Shown piece after piece: positions 26,701 through 41,300 of a stretch of DNA of 64,000 nucleotides. How positions within the stretch are numbered: position 1 is the stretch's first letter; every line of letters begins with the position of its first letter. The stretch is from Azolla caroliniana (taxonomy: Eukaryota > Plantae > Polypodiophyta), in assembly GCA_043228905.1 (NCBI GenBank), contig JBHGNT010000028.1, forward strand, positions 1 to 64,000, given 5' to 3'. The translations under genes and the position numbers were made by a program. The notes under the pieces were generated by a model that did no database searches, was not told the DNA's origin, and saw only the letters and a list, made by a program, of their open reading frames with translations.

Positions 26701-29700
26701 ATAGCTAGCGTTGTTAGCTTCGATTCGCATGTTTGAACACAAAAATCCGATATCACACTCGCCAGATATGAACATTTTAATTTACCTAGCAGCTCTTCCC
26801 AACTCACTCCTCAAATTTGCTAATTTCGTCATGTCTCTCGACCTGAGTTTCAAAATCTTGATTTTTTAATTCCATATCCTAGCTAGCGTTGTTAGCTTCG
26901 ATTCGCATGTTTGAACACAAAAATCCGATATCCCACTCGCCAGATATGAACATTTTAATTTACCTACTAGCTCTTCCCAACTCACTCCTCAAATTTGCTA
27001 ATTTCCTCATGTCTCTCGACCTGAGTTTCAAAATCTTGATTTTTTAATTCCATATCATATATAGCGTTGTTAGCTTCGATTCGCATGTTTGAACACAAAA
27101 ATCCGATATCACACTCGCCAGATATGAACATTTTAACTTACCTAGCAGCTCTTCCCAACTCACTCCTCATGTTGCTAATTTTGTCATTTCTCTCGACCTG
27201 AGTTTCAAAATCTTGATTTTTTAATTCCATATCATATCTAGCGTTGTTAGCTTCGATTCGCATATTTGAACACAAAAATCCGATATCACACTCGCCAGAT
27301 ATGAACATTTTAAGTTACCTAGCAGCTCTTCCCAACTCACTCCTCAAATTTGCTAATTTCGTCATGTCTCTCGACATGAGTTTCAAAATCTTGATTTTTT
27401 AATTCCATATCATAGCTAGCGTTGTTAGCTTCGATTCGCATGTTTGAACACAAAAATCCGATATCACACTCGCCAGATATGAACATTTTAATTTACCTAG
27501 TAGCTCTTCCCAACTCCCTCCTAATGTTGCTAATTTCGTCATGTCTCTCGACGTGAGTTTCAAAATCTTGATTTTTTAATTCCATATCATATCTAGCGTT
27601 GTTAGCTTCGATTCGCATATTTGAACACAAAAATCCGATATCACACTCGCCAGATATGAACATTTTAATTTACCTAGCAGCTCTTCCCAACTCACTCCTC
27701 AAATTTGCTAATTTCGTCATGTCTCTCGACCTGAGTTTCAAAATCTTGATTTTTTAATTCCATATCATATCTAGCGTTGTTAGGTTCGATTCGCATGTTT
27801 GAACACAAAAATCCGATATCACACTCGCCAGTTATGAACATTTTAATTTACCTAGTAGCTCTTCCCAACTCCCTCCTCAAATTTGGGAATTTCGTCATGT
27901 CTCTCGACCTGAGTTTCAAAATCTTGATTTTTTAATTCCATATCGTAACTAGCGTTGTTAGCTTCGATTTACATGTTTGAACACAAAAATCCGATATCAC
28001 ACGAGCCAGGTATGAACATTTTAATTTACCTAGTAGCTCTTCCCAACTCACTCCTCAAATTTGGTAATTTCGTCATATCTCTCGACCTGAGTTTCAAAAT
28101 CTTGATTTTTTAATTCCATATCGTAGCTAGCGTTGTTAGCTTCGATTCACATGTTTGAACACAAAAATCCGATATCACACGAGCCAGGTATGATCATTTT
28201 AATTTACTCAAGGGCTCTTCTCAACTCCCTCGTCAAGGTTGCTAATTTCCTCATGTCTCTCGACCTGAGTTTCAAAATCTTGATTTTTTAATTCCATATC
28301 ATAGCTAGCGTTGTTAGCTTCGATTCGCATGTTTGAACACAAAAAACCGATATCACACTCACCAGATATGAACATTTTAATTTACCTACTAGCTCTTCCC
28401 AACTCACTCCTCAAATTTGGGAATTTCGTCATATCTCTCGACCTGAGTTTCAAAATCTTGATTTTTTAATTGCATATCATAGCTAGCGTTGTTAGCTTCG
28501 ATTCGCATATTTGAACACAAAAATCCGATATCACACTCGCCAGATATGAACATTTTAATTTACCTACTAGCTCTTACCAACTCACTCCTCAAATTTGCTA
28601 ATTTCGTCATGTCTCTCGACATGAGTTTCAAAATCTTGATTTTTTAATTCCATATCATAGCTAGCGTTGTTAGCTTCGATTCGCATGTTTGAACACAAAA
28701 ATCCGATATCACACTCGCCAGATATGAACATTTTAATTTACCTAGCAGCTCTTCCCAACTCACTCCTCAAATTTGCTAATTTCCTCATGTCTCTCGACCT
28801 GAGTTTCAAAATCTTGATTTTTTAATTCCATATCGTAGCTAGCGTTGTTAGCTTCGATTCACATGTTTGAACACAGAAATCCGATATCACACGAGCCAGG
28901 TATGATCATTTTAATTTACTCAAGGGCTCTTCTCAACTCCCTCGTCAAGGTTGCTAATTTCTTCATGTCTCTCGACCTGAGTTTCAAAATCTTGATTTTT
29001 TAATTCCATATCCTAGCTAGCGTTGTTAGCTTCGATTCGCATGTTTGAACACAAAAAACCGATATCACACGCACCAGATATGAACATTTTAATTTACCTA
29101 CTAGCTCTTCCCAACTCACTCCTCAAATTTGGGAATTTCGTCATATCTCTCGACCTGAGTTTCAAAATCTTGATTTTTTAATTCGAGATCATAGCTAGCG
29201 TTGTTAGCTTCGATTCGCATGTTTGAACACAAAAATCCGATATCACACTCGCCAGATATGAACATTTTAATTTACCTACTAGCTCTTCCCAACTCACTCC
29301 TCAAATTTGCTAATTTCGTCATGTCTCTCGACATGAGTTTCAAAATCTTGATTTTTTAATTCCATATCATAGCTAGCGTTGTTAGCTTCGATTCGCATGT
29401 TTGAACACAAAAATCCGATATCACACTCGCCAGATATGAACATTTTAATTTACCTAGCAGCTCTTCCCAACTCACTCCTCAAATTTGCTAATTTCGTCAT
29501 GTCTCTCGACATGAGTTTCAAAATGTTGATTTTTTAATTCCATATCATAGCTAGCGTTGTTAGCTTCGATTCGCATGTTTGAACACAATAATCCGATATC
29601 CCACTCGCCAGATATGAACATTTTAATTTACCTACTAGCTCTTCCCAACTCACTCCTCAAATTTGCTAATTTCCTCATGTCTCTCGACCTGAGTTTCAAA

Positions 29701-30148
29701 ATCTTGATTTTTTAATTGCATAGCATAGCTAGCGTTGTTAGCTTCGATTCGCATGTTTGAAGACAAAAATCCGATATCACACTCGCCAGATATGAACATT
29801 TTAATTTACCTACTAGCTCTTCCCAACTCACTCCTCAAATTTGCTAATTTCGTCATGTCTCTCGACCTGAGTTTCAAAATCTTGATTTTTTAATTCGAGA
29901 TCATAGCTAGCGTTGTTAGCTTCGATTCGCATGTTTGAACACAAAAATCCGATATCACACTCGCCAGATATGAACATTTTAATTTACCTAGCAGCTCTTC
30001 CCAACTCACTCCTCAAATTTGCTAATTTCGTCATGTCTCTCGACCTGAGTTTCAAAATCTTGATTTTTTAATTCCATATCCTAGCTAGCGTTGTTAGCTT
30101 CGATTCGCATGTTTGAACACAAAAATCCGATATCCCACTCGCCAGATA
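23745..30148 (+). repeat. Tandem duplication of an 18-monomer block (3202-bp unit, 2 copies)
   Basis: Rare variants recur at exactly +3202: CATATATAGCG (23861/27063), CTTACCAA (25374/28576), CACAATAAT (26387/29589), GAAGAC (26560/29762) and TGATCA monomers (24989/28191, 25701/28903). Confidence 0.9.
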
Positions 30149-33100
30149 TGAACATTTTAATTTACCTACTAGCTCTTCCCAACTCACTCCTCAAATTTGC
30201 TAATTTCCTCATGTCTCTCGACCTGAGTTTCAAAATCTTGATTTTTTAATTCGAGATCATAGCTAGCGTTGTTAGCTTCGATTCGCATGTTTGAACACAA
30301 AAATCCGATATCACACTCGCCAGATATGAACATTTTAATTTACCTAGCAGCTCTTCCCAACTCACTCCTCAAATTTGCTAATTTCGTCATGTCTCTCGAC
30401 CTGAGTTTCAAAATCTTGATTTTTTAATTCCATATCCTAGCTAGCGTTGTTAGCTTCGATTCGCATGTTTGAACACAAAAATCCGATATCCCACTCGCCA
30501 GATATGAACATTTTAATTTACCTACTAGCTCTTCCCAACTCACTCCTCAAATTTGCTAATTTCCTCATGTCTCTCGACCTGAGTTTCAAAATCTTGATTT
30601 TTTAATTCCATATCCTAGCTAGCGTTGTTAGCTTCGATTCGCATGTTTGAACACAAAAATCCGATATCCCACTCGCCAGATATGAACATTTTAATTTACC
30701 TACTAGCTCTTCCCAACTCACTCCTCAAATTTGCTAATTTCGTCATGTCTCTCGACATGAGTTTCAAAATCTTGATTTTTTAATTCCATATAATAGCTAG
30801 CGTTGTTAGCTTCGATTCGCATGTTTGAACACAAAAATCCGATATCCCACTCGCCAGATATGAACATTTTAATTTACCTACTAGCTCTTCCCAACTCACT
30901 CCTCAAATTTGCTAATTTCGTCATGTCTCTCGACCTGAGTTTCAAAATCTTGATTTTTTAATTCGAGATCATAGCTAGCGTTGTTAGCTTCGATTCGCAT
31001 GTTTGAACACAAAAATCCGATATCACACTCGCCAGATATGAACATTTTAATTTACCTAGCAGCTCTTCCCAACTCACTCCTCAAATTTGCTAATTTCGTC
31101 ATGTCTCTCGACCTGAGTTTCAAAATCTTGATTTTTTAATTCCATATCCTAGCTAGCGTTGTTAGCTTCGATTCGCATGTTTGAACACAAAAATCCGATA
31201 TCCCACTCGCCAGATATGAACATTTTAATTTACCTACTAGCTCTTCCCAACTCACTCCTCAAATTTGCTAATTTCCTCATGTCTCTCGACCTGAGTTTCA
31301 AAATCTTGATTTTTTAATTCCATATCCTAGCTAGCGTTGTTAGCTTCGATTCGCATGTTTGAACACAAAAATCCGATATCCCACTCGCCAGATATGAACA
31401 TTTTAATTTACCTACTAGCTCTTCCCAACTCACTCCTCAAATTTGCTAATTTCCTCATGTCTCTCGACCTGAGTTTCAAAATCTTGATTTTTTAATTGCA
31501 TAGCATAGCTAGCGTTGTTAGCTTCGATTCGCATGTTTGAAGACAAAAATCCGATATCACACTCGCCAGATATGAACATTTTAATTTACCTAGCAGCTCT
31601 TCCCAACTCACTCCTCAAATTTGCTAATTTCGTCATGTCTCTCGACATGAGTTTCAAAATGTTAATTTTTTAATTCCATAGCATAGCTAGCGTTGTTAGC
31701 TTCGATTGGCATGTTTGAACACAAAAATCCGATATCACACTCGCCAGATATGAACATTTTAATTTACCTAGCAGCTCTTCCCAACTCACTCCTCAAATTT
31801 GCTAATTTCGTCATGTCTCTCGACCTGAGTTTCAAAATCTTGATTTTTTAATTCCATATCCTAGCTAGCGTTGTTAGCTTCGATTCGCATGTTTGAACAC
31901 AAAAATCCGATATTCCACTCGCCAGATATGAACATTTTAATTTACCTACTAGCTCTTCCCAACTCACTCCTCAAATTTGCTAATTTCCTCATGTCTCTCG
32001 ACCTGAGTTTCAAAATCTTGATTTTTTAATTCGAGATCATAGCTAGCGTTGTTAGCTTCGATTCGCATGTTTGAACACAAAAATCCGATATCACACTCGC
32101 CAGATATGAACATTTTAATTTACCTAGCAGCTCTTCCCAACTCACTCCTCAAATTTGCTAATTTCGTCATGTCTCTCGACCTGAGTTTCAAAATCTTGAT
32201 TTTTTAATTCCATATCCTAGCTAGCGTTGTTAGCTTCGATTCGCATGTTTGAACACAAAAATCCGATATCCCACTCGCCAGATATGAACATTTTAATTTA
32301 CCTACTAGCTCTTCCCAACTCACTCCTCAAATTTGCTAATTTCCTCATGTCTCTCGACCTGAGTTTCAAAATCTTGATTTTTTAATTCCATATCCTAGCT
32401 AGCGTTGTTAGCTTCGATTCGCATGTTTGAACACAAAAATCCGATATCCCACTCGCCAGATATGAACATTTTAATTTACCTACTAGCTCTTCCCAACTCA
32501 CTCCTCAAATTTGCTAATTTCGTCATGTCTCTCGACATGAGTTTCAAAATCTTGATTTTTTAATTCCATATCATAGCTAGCGTTGTTAGCTTCGATTCGC
32601 ATGTTTGAACACAAAAATCCGATATCCCACTCGCCAGATATGAACATTTTAATTTACCTACTAGCTCTTCCCAACTCACTCCTCAAATTTGCTAATTTCG
32701 TCATGTCTCTCGACCTGAGTTTCAAAATCTTGATTTTTTAATTCGAGATCATAGCTAGCGTTGTTAGCTTCGATTCGCATGTTTGAACACAAAAATCCGA
32801 TATCACACTCGCCAGATATGAACATTTTAATTTACCTAGCAGCTCTTCCCAACTCACTCCTCAAATTTGCTAATTTCGTCATGTCTCTCGACCTGAGTTT
32901 CAAAATCTTGATTTTTTAATTCCATATCCTAGCTAGCGTTGTTAGCTTCGATTCGCATGTTTGAACACAAAAATCCGATATCCCACTCGCCAGATATGAA
33001 CATTTTAATTTACCTACTAGCTCTTCCCAACTCACTCCTCAAATTTGCTAATTTCCTCATGTCTCTCGACCTGAGTTTCAAAATCTTGATTTTTTAATTC

Positions 33101-36100
33101 CATATCCTAGCTAGCGTTGTTAGCTTCGATTCGCATGTTTGAACACAAAAATCCGATATCCCACTCGCCAGATATGAACATTTTAATTTACCTACTAGCT
33201 CTTCCCAACTCACTCCTCAAATTTGCTAATTTCGTCATGTCTCTCGACATGAGTTTCAAAATCTTGATTTTTTAATTCCATATCATAGCTAGCGTTGTTA
33301 GCTTCGATTCGCATGTTTGAACACAAAAATCCGATATCCCACTCGCCAGATATGAACATTTTAATTTACCTACTAGCTCTTCCCAACTCACTCCTCAAAT
33401 TTGCTAATTTCGTCATGTCTCTCGACCTGAGTTTCAAAATCTTGATTTTTTAATTCCATATCCTAGCTAGCGTTGTTAGCTTCGATTCGCATGTTTGAAC
33501 ACAAAAATCCGATATCCCACTCGCCAGATATGAACATTTTAATTTACCTACTAGCTCTTCCCAACTCACTCCTCAAATTTGCTAATTTCCTCATGTCTCT
33601 CGACCTGAGTTTCAAAATCTTGATTTTTTAATTCCATATCCTAGCTAGCGTTGTTAGCTTCGATTCGCATGTTTGAACACAAAAATCCGATATCCCACTC
33701 GCCAGATATGAACATTTTAATTTACCTACTAGCTCTTCCCAACTCACTCCTCAAATTTGCTAATTTCGTCATGTCTCTCGACATGAGTTTCAAAATCTTG
33801 ATTTTTTAATTCCATATCATAGCTAGCGTTGTTAGCTTCGATTCGCATGTTTGAACACAAAAATCCGATATCACACTCGCCAGATATGAACATTTTAATT
33901 TACCTAGCAGCTCTTCCCAACTCACTCCTCAAATTTGCTAATTTCGTCATGTCTCTCGACATGAGTTTCAAAATCTTGATTTTTTAATTCCATAGCATAG
34001 CTAGCGTTGTTAGCTTCGATTCGCATGTTTGAACACAAAAATCCGATATCCCACTCGCCAGATATGAACATTTTAATTTACCTAGCAGCTCTTCCCAACT
34101 CACTCCTCAAATTTGCTAATTTCGTCATGTCTCTCGACATGAGTTTCAAAATGTTGGTTTTTTAATTCCATAGCATAGCTAGCGTTGTTAGCTTCGATTC
34201 GCATGTTTGAACACAAAAATCCGATATCACACTCGCCAGTTATGAACATTTTAATTTACCTAGTAGCTCTTCCCAACTCCCTCCTCATGTTGCTAATTTT
34301 GTCATGTCTCTCGACCTGAGTTTCAAAATCTTGATTTTTTAATTCCATATCCTAGCTAGCGTTGTTAGCTTCGATTCGCATGTTTGAACACAAAAATCCG
34401 ATATCACACTCGCCAGTTATGAACATTTTAATTTACCTACTAGCTCTTCCCAACTCACTCCTCAAATTTGCTAATTTCCTCATGTCTCTCGACCTGAGTT
34501 TCAAAATCTTGATTATTTAATTCCATATCATAGCTACCGTTGTTAGCTTCGATTCGCATGTTTGAACACAAAAATCCGATATCACACTCGCCAGTTATGA
34601 ACATTTTAATTTACCTACTAGCTCTTCCCAACTCCCTCCTCATGTTGCTAATTTTGTCATGTCTCTCGACCTGAGTTTCAAAATCTTGATTTTTTAATTC
34701 CATATCATAGCTAACGTTGTTAGCTTCGATTCACATGATTGAACACAAAAATCCGATATCACACTCGCCAGTTATGAACATTTTAATTTACCTACTAGCT
34801 CTTCCCAACTCCCTCCTCATGTTGCTAATTTTGTCATGTCTCTCGACCTGAGTTTCAAAATCTTGATTTTTTAATTCCATATCATATCTAGCGTTGTTAG
34901 CTTCGATTCGCATGTTTGAACACAAAAATCCGATATCACACTCGCCAGATATGAACATTTTAATTTACCTACTAGCTCTTCCCAACTCACTCCTCAAATT
35001 TGGGAATTTCGTCATGTCTCTCGACCTGAGTTTCAAAATCTTGATTTTTTAATTCCATATCATAGCTAGCGTTGTTAGCTTCGATTCGCATGTTTGAACA
35101 CAAAAATCCGATATCCCACTCGCCAGATATGAACATTTTAATTTACCTACTAGCTCTTCCCAACTCACTCCTCAAATTTGGGAATTTCGTCATGTCTCTC
35201 GACCTGAGTTTCAAAATCTTGATTTTTTAATTCCATATCATAGCTAACGTTGTTAGCTTCGATTCCCATGATTGAACACAAAAATCCGATATCACACTCG
35301 CCAGTTATGAACATTTTAATTTACCTACTAGCTCTTCCCAACTCCCTCCTCATGTTGCTAATTTTGTCATGTCTCTCGACCTGAGTTTCAAAATCTTGAT
35401 TATTTAATTCCATATCCTAGCTAGCGTTGTTAGCTTCGATTCGCATGTTTGAACACAAAAATCCGATATCCCACTCGCCAGATATGAACATTTTAATTTA
35501 CCTACTAGCTCTTCCCAACTCACTCCTCAAATTTGCTAATTTCCTCATGTCTCTCGACCTGAGTTTCAAAATCTTGATTTTTTAATTCCATATCATAGCT
35601 ACCGTTGTTAGCTTCGATTCGCATGTTTGAACACAAAAATCCGATATCACACTCGCCAGTTATGAACATTTTAATTTACCTAGTAGCTCTTCCCAACTCC
35701 CTCCTAATGTTGCTAATTTCGTCATGTCTCTCGACCTGAGTTTCAAAACCTTGATTTTTTAATTCCATATCATATCTAGCGTTGTTAGCTTCGATTCGCA
35801 TGTTTGAACACAAAAATCCGATATCACACTCGCCAGATATGAACATTTTAATTTACCTACTAGCTCTTCCCAACTCACTCCTCAAATTTGGGAATTTCGT
35901 CATGTCTCTCGACCTGAGTTTCAAAATCTTGATTTTTTAATTCCATATCATAGCTAGCGTTGTTAGCTTCGATTCGCATGTTTGAACACAAAAATCCGAT
36001 ATCCCACTCGCCAGATATGAACATTTTAATTTACCTACTAGCTCTTCCCAACTCACTCCTCAAATTTGGGAATTTCGTCATGTCTCTCGACCTGAGTTTC

Positions 36101-38324
36101 AAAATCTTGATTATTTAATTCCATATCATAGCTAACGTTGTTAGCTTCGATTCACATGATTGAACACAAAAATCCGATATCACACTCGCCACTTATGAAC
36201 ATTTTAATTTACCTACTAGCTCTTCCCAACTCCCTCCTCATGTTGCTAATTTTGTCATGTCTCTCGACCTGAGTTTCAAAATCTTGATTATTTAATTCCA
36301 TATCCTAGCTAGCGTTGTTAGCTTCGATTCGCATGTTTGAACACAAAAATCCGATATCCCACTCGCCAGATATGAACATTTTAATTTACCTACTAGCTCT
36401 TCCCAACTCACTCCTCAAATTTGCTAATTTCCTCATGTCTCTCGACCTGAGTTTCAAAATCTTGATTTTTTAATTCCATATCATATCTACCGTTGTTAGC
36501 TTCGATTCGCATGTTTGAACACAAAAATCCGATATCACACTCGCCAGTTATGAACATTTTAATTTACCTAGTAGCTCTTCCCAACTCCCTCCTAATGTTG
36601 CTAATTTCGTCATGTCTCTCGACCTGAGTTTCAAAATCTTGATTTTTTAATTCCATATCATATCTAGCGTTGTTAGCTTCGATTCGCATGTTTGAACACA
36701 AAAATCCGATATCACACTCGCCAGATATGAACATTTTAATTTACCTACTAGCTCTTCCCAACTCACTCCTCAAATTTGGGAATTTCGTCATGTCTCTCGA
36801 CCTGAGTTTCAAAATCTTGATTTTTTAATTCCATATCATAGCTAACGTTGTTAGCTTCGATTCACATGATTGAACACAAAAATCCGATATCACACTCGCC
36901 ACTTATGAACATTTTAATTTACCTACTAGCTCTTCCCAACTCCCTCCTCATGTTGCTAATTTTGTCATGTCTCTCGACCTGAGTTTCAAAATCTTGATTA
37001 TTTAATTCCATATCCTAGCTAGCGTTGTTAGCTTCGATTCGCATGTTTGAACACAAAAATCCGATATCCCACTCGCCAGATATGAACATTTTAATTTACC
37101 TAGCAGCTCTTCCCAACTCACTCCTCAAATTTGCTAATTTCCTCATGTCTCTCGACCTGAGTTTCAAAATCTTGATTTTTTAATTCCATATCATAGCTAC
37201 CGTTGTTAGCTTCGATTCGCATGTTTGAACACAAAAATCCGATATCACACTCGCCAGTTATGAACATTTTAATTTACCTAGTAGCTCTTCCCAACTCCCT
37301 CCTAATGTTGCTAATTTCCTCATGTCTCTCGACCTGAGTTTCAAAATCTTGATTTTTTAATTCCATATCATAGCTACCGTTGTTAGCTTCGATTCGCATG
37401 TTTGAACACAAAAATCCGATATCACACTCGCCAGATATGAACATTTTAATTTACCTACTAGCTCTTCCCAACTCACTCCTCAAATTTGGGAATTTCGTCA
37501 TGTCTCTCGACCTGAGTTTCAAAATCTTGATTTTTTAATTCCATATCATAGCTAGCGTTGTTAGCTTCGATTCGCATGTTTGAACACAAAAATCCGATAT
37601 CCCACTCGCCAGATATGAACATTTTAATTTACCTACTAGCTCTTCCCAACTCACTCCTCAAATTTGGGAATTTCGTCATGTCTCTCGACCTGAGTTTCAA
37701 AATCTTGATTTTTTAATTCCATATCATAGCTAACGATGTTAGCTTCGATTCACATGATTGAACACAAAAATCCGATATCACACTCGCCAGTTATGAACAT
37801 TTTAATTTACCTACTAGCTCTTCCCAACTCCCTCCTCATGTTGCTAATTTTGTCATGTCTCTCGACCTGAGTTTCAAAATCTTGATTTTTTAATTCCATA
37901 TCATAGCTAACGTTGTTAGCTTCGATTCACATGATTGAACACAAAAATCCGATATCACACTCGCCAGTTATGAACATTTTAATTTACCTACTAGCTCTTC
38001 CCAACTCCCTCCTCATGTTGCTAATTTTGTCATGTCTCTCGACCTGAGTTTCAAAATCTTGATTTTTTAATTCCATATCATAGCTACCGTTGTTAGCTTC
38101 GATTCGCATGTTTGAACACAAAAATCCGATATCACACTCGCCAGTTATGAACATTTTAATTTACCTAGTAGCTCTTCCCAACTCCCTCCTAATGTTGCTA
38201 ATTTCGTCATGTCTCTCGACCTGAGTTTCAAAATCTTGATTTTTTAATTCCATATCATATCTAGCGTTGTTAGCTTCGATTCGCATGTTTGAACACAAAA
38301 ATCCGATATCACACTCGCCAGATA

Positions 38325-41300
38325 TGAACATTTTAATTTACCTACTAGCTCTTCCCAACTCACTCCTCAAATTTGGGAATTTCGTCATGTCTCTCGACCT
38401 GAGTTTCAAAATCTTGATTTTTTAATTCCATATCATAGCTAGCGTTGTTAGCTTCGATTCGCATGTTTGAACACAAAAATCCGATATCCCACTCGCCAGA
38501 TATGAACATTTTAATTTACCTACTAGCTCTTCCCAACTCACTCCTCAAATTTGGGAATTTCGTCATGTCTCTCGACCTGAGTTTCAAAATCTTGATTTTT
38601 TAATTCCATATCATAGCTAACGTTGTTAGCTTCGATTCACATGATTGAACACAAAAATCCGATATCACACTCGCCAGTTATGAACATTTTAATTTACCTA
38701 CTAGCTCTTCCCAACTCCCTCCTCATGTTGCTAATTTTGTCATGTCTCTCGACCTGAGTTTCAAAATCTTGATTTTTTAATTCCATATCATAGCTAACGT
38801 TGTTAGCTTCGATTCACATGATTGAACACAAAAATCCGATATCACACTCGCCAGTTATGAACATTTTAATTTACCTACTAGCTCTTCCCAACTCCCTCCT
38901 CATGTTGCTAATTTTGTCATGTCTCTCGACCTGAGTTTCAAAATCTTGATTTTTTAATTCCATATCATAGCTACCGTTGTTAGCTTCGATTCGCATGTTT
39001 GAACACAAAAATCCGATATCACACTCGCCAGTTATGAACATTTTAATTTACCTAGTAGCTCTTCCCAACTCCCTCCTAATGTTGCTAATTTCGTCATGTC
39101 TCTCGACCTGAGTTTCAAAATCTTGATTTTTTAATTCCATATCATATCTAGCGTTGTTAGCTTCGATTCGCATATTTGAACACAAAAATCCGATATCACA
39201 CTCGCCAGATATGAACATTTTAATTTACCTAGCAGCTCTTCCCAACTCACTCCTCAAATTTGCTAATTTCGTCATGTCTCTCGACCTGAGTTTCAAAATC
39301 TTGATTTTTTAATTCCATATCATATCTAGCGTTGTTAGGTTCGATTCGCATGTTTGAACACAAAAATCCGATATCACACTCGCCAGTTATGAACATTTTA
39401 ATTTACCTAGCAGCTCTTCCCAACTCACTCCTCAAATTTGCTAATTTCGTCATGTCTCTCGACCTGAGTTTCAAAATCTTGATTTTTTAATTCCATATCG
39501 TAACTAGCGTTGTTAGCTTCGATTTACATGTTTGAACACAAAAATCCGATATCACACGAGCCAGGTATGAACATTTTAATTTACCTAGTAGCTCTTCCCA
39601 ACTCACTCCTCAAATTTGGTAATTTCGTCATATCTCTCGACCTGAGTTTCAAAATCTTGATTTTTTAATTCCATATCGTAGCTAGCGTTGTTAGCTTCGA
39701 TTCACATGTTTGAACACAAAAATCCGATATCACACGAGCCAGGTATGATCATTTTAATTTACTCAAGGGCTCTTCTCAACTCCCTCGTCAAGGTTGCTAA
39801 TTTCCTCATGTCTCTCGACCTGAGTTTCAAAATCTTGATTTTTTAATTCCATATCATAGCTAGCGTTGTTAGCTTCGATTCGCATGTTTGAACACAAAAA
39901 ACCGATATCACACTCACCAGATATGAACATTTTAATTTACCTACTAGCTCTTCCCAACTCACTCCTCAAATTTGGGAATTTCGTCATATCTCTCGACCTG
40001 AGTTTCAAAATCTTGATTTTTTAATTCGAGATCATAGCTAGCGTTGTTAGCTTCGATTCGCATATTTGAACACAAAAATCCGATATCACACTCGCCAGAT
40101 ATGAACATTTTAATTTACCTACTAGCTCTTCCCAACTCACTCCTCAAATTTGCTAATTTCGTCATGTCTCTCGACATGAGTTTCAAAATCTTGATTTTTT
40201 AATTCCATATCATAGCTAGCGTTGTTAGCTTCGATTCGCATGTTTGAACACAAAAATCCGATATCACACTCGCCAGATATGAACATTTTAATTTACCTAG
40301 CAGCTCTTCCCAACTCACTCCTCAAATTTGCTAATTTCCTCATGTCTCTCGACCTGAGTTTCAAAATCTTGATTTTTTAATTCCATATCGTAGCTAGCGT
40401 TGTTAGCTTCGATTCACATGTTTGAACACAGAAATCCGATATCACACGAGCCAGGTATGATCATTTTAATTTACTCAAGGGCTCTTCTCAACTCCCTCGT
40501 CAAGGTTGCTAATTTCTTCATGTCTCTCGACCTGAGTTTCAAAATCTTGATTTTTTAATTCCATATCCTAGCTAGCGTTGTTAGCTTCGATTCGCATGTT
40601 TGAACACAAAAATCCGATATCACACGCACCAGATATGAACATTTTAATTTACCTACTAGCTCTTCCCAACTCACTCCTCAAATTTGGGAATTTCGTCATG
40701 TCTCTCGACCTGAGTTTCAAAATCTTGATTTTTTAATTCCATATCATAGCTAGCGTTGTTAGCTTCGATTCGCATGTTTGAACACAAAAATCCGATATCC
40801 CACTCGCCAGATATGAACATTTTAATTTACCTACTAGCTCTTCCCAACTCACTCCTCAAATTTGGGAATTTCGTCATGTCTCTCGACCTGAGTTTCAAAA
40901 TCTTGATTTTTTAATTCCATATCATAGCTAACGTTGTTAGCTTCGATTCACATGATTGAACACAAAAATCCGATATCACACTCGCCAGTTATGAACATTT
41001 TAATTTACCTACTAGCTCTTCCCAACTCCCTCCTCATGTTGCTAATTTTGTCATGTCTCTCGACCTGAGTTTCAAAATCTTGATTTTTTAATTCCATATC
41101 ATAGCTAACGTTGTTAGCTTCGATTCACATGATTGAACACAAAAATCCGATATCACACTCGCCAGTTATGAACATTTTAATTTACCTACTAGCTCTTCCC
41201 AACTCCCTCCTCATGTTGCTAATTTTGTCATGTCTCTCGACCTGAGTTTCAAAATCTTGATTTTTTAATTCCATATCATAGCTACCGTTGTTAGCTTCGA

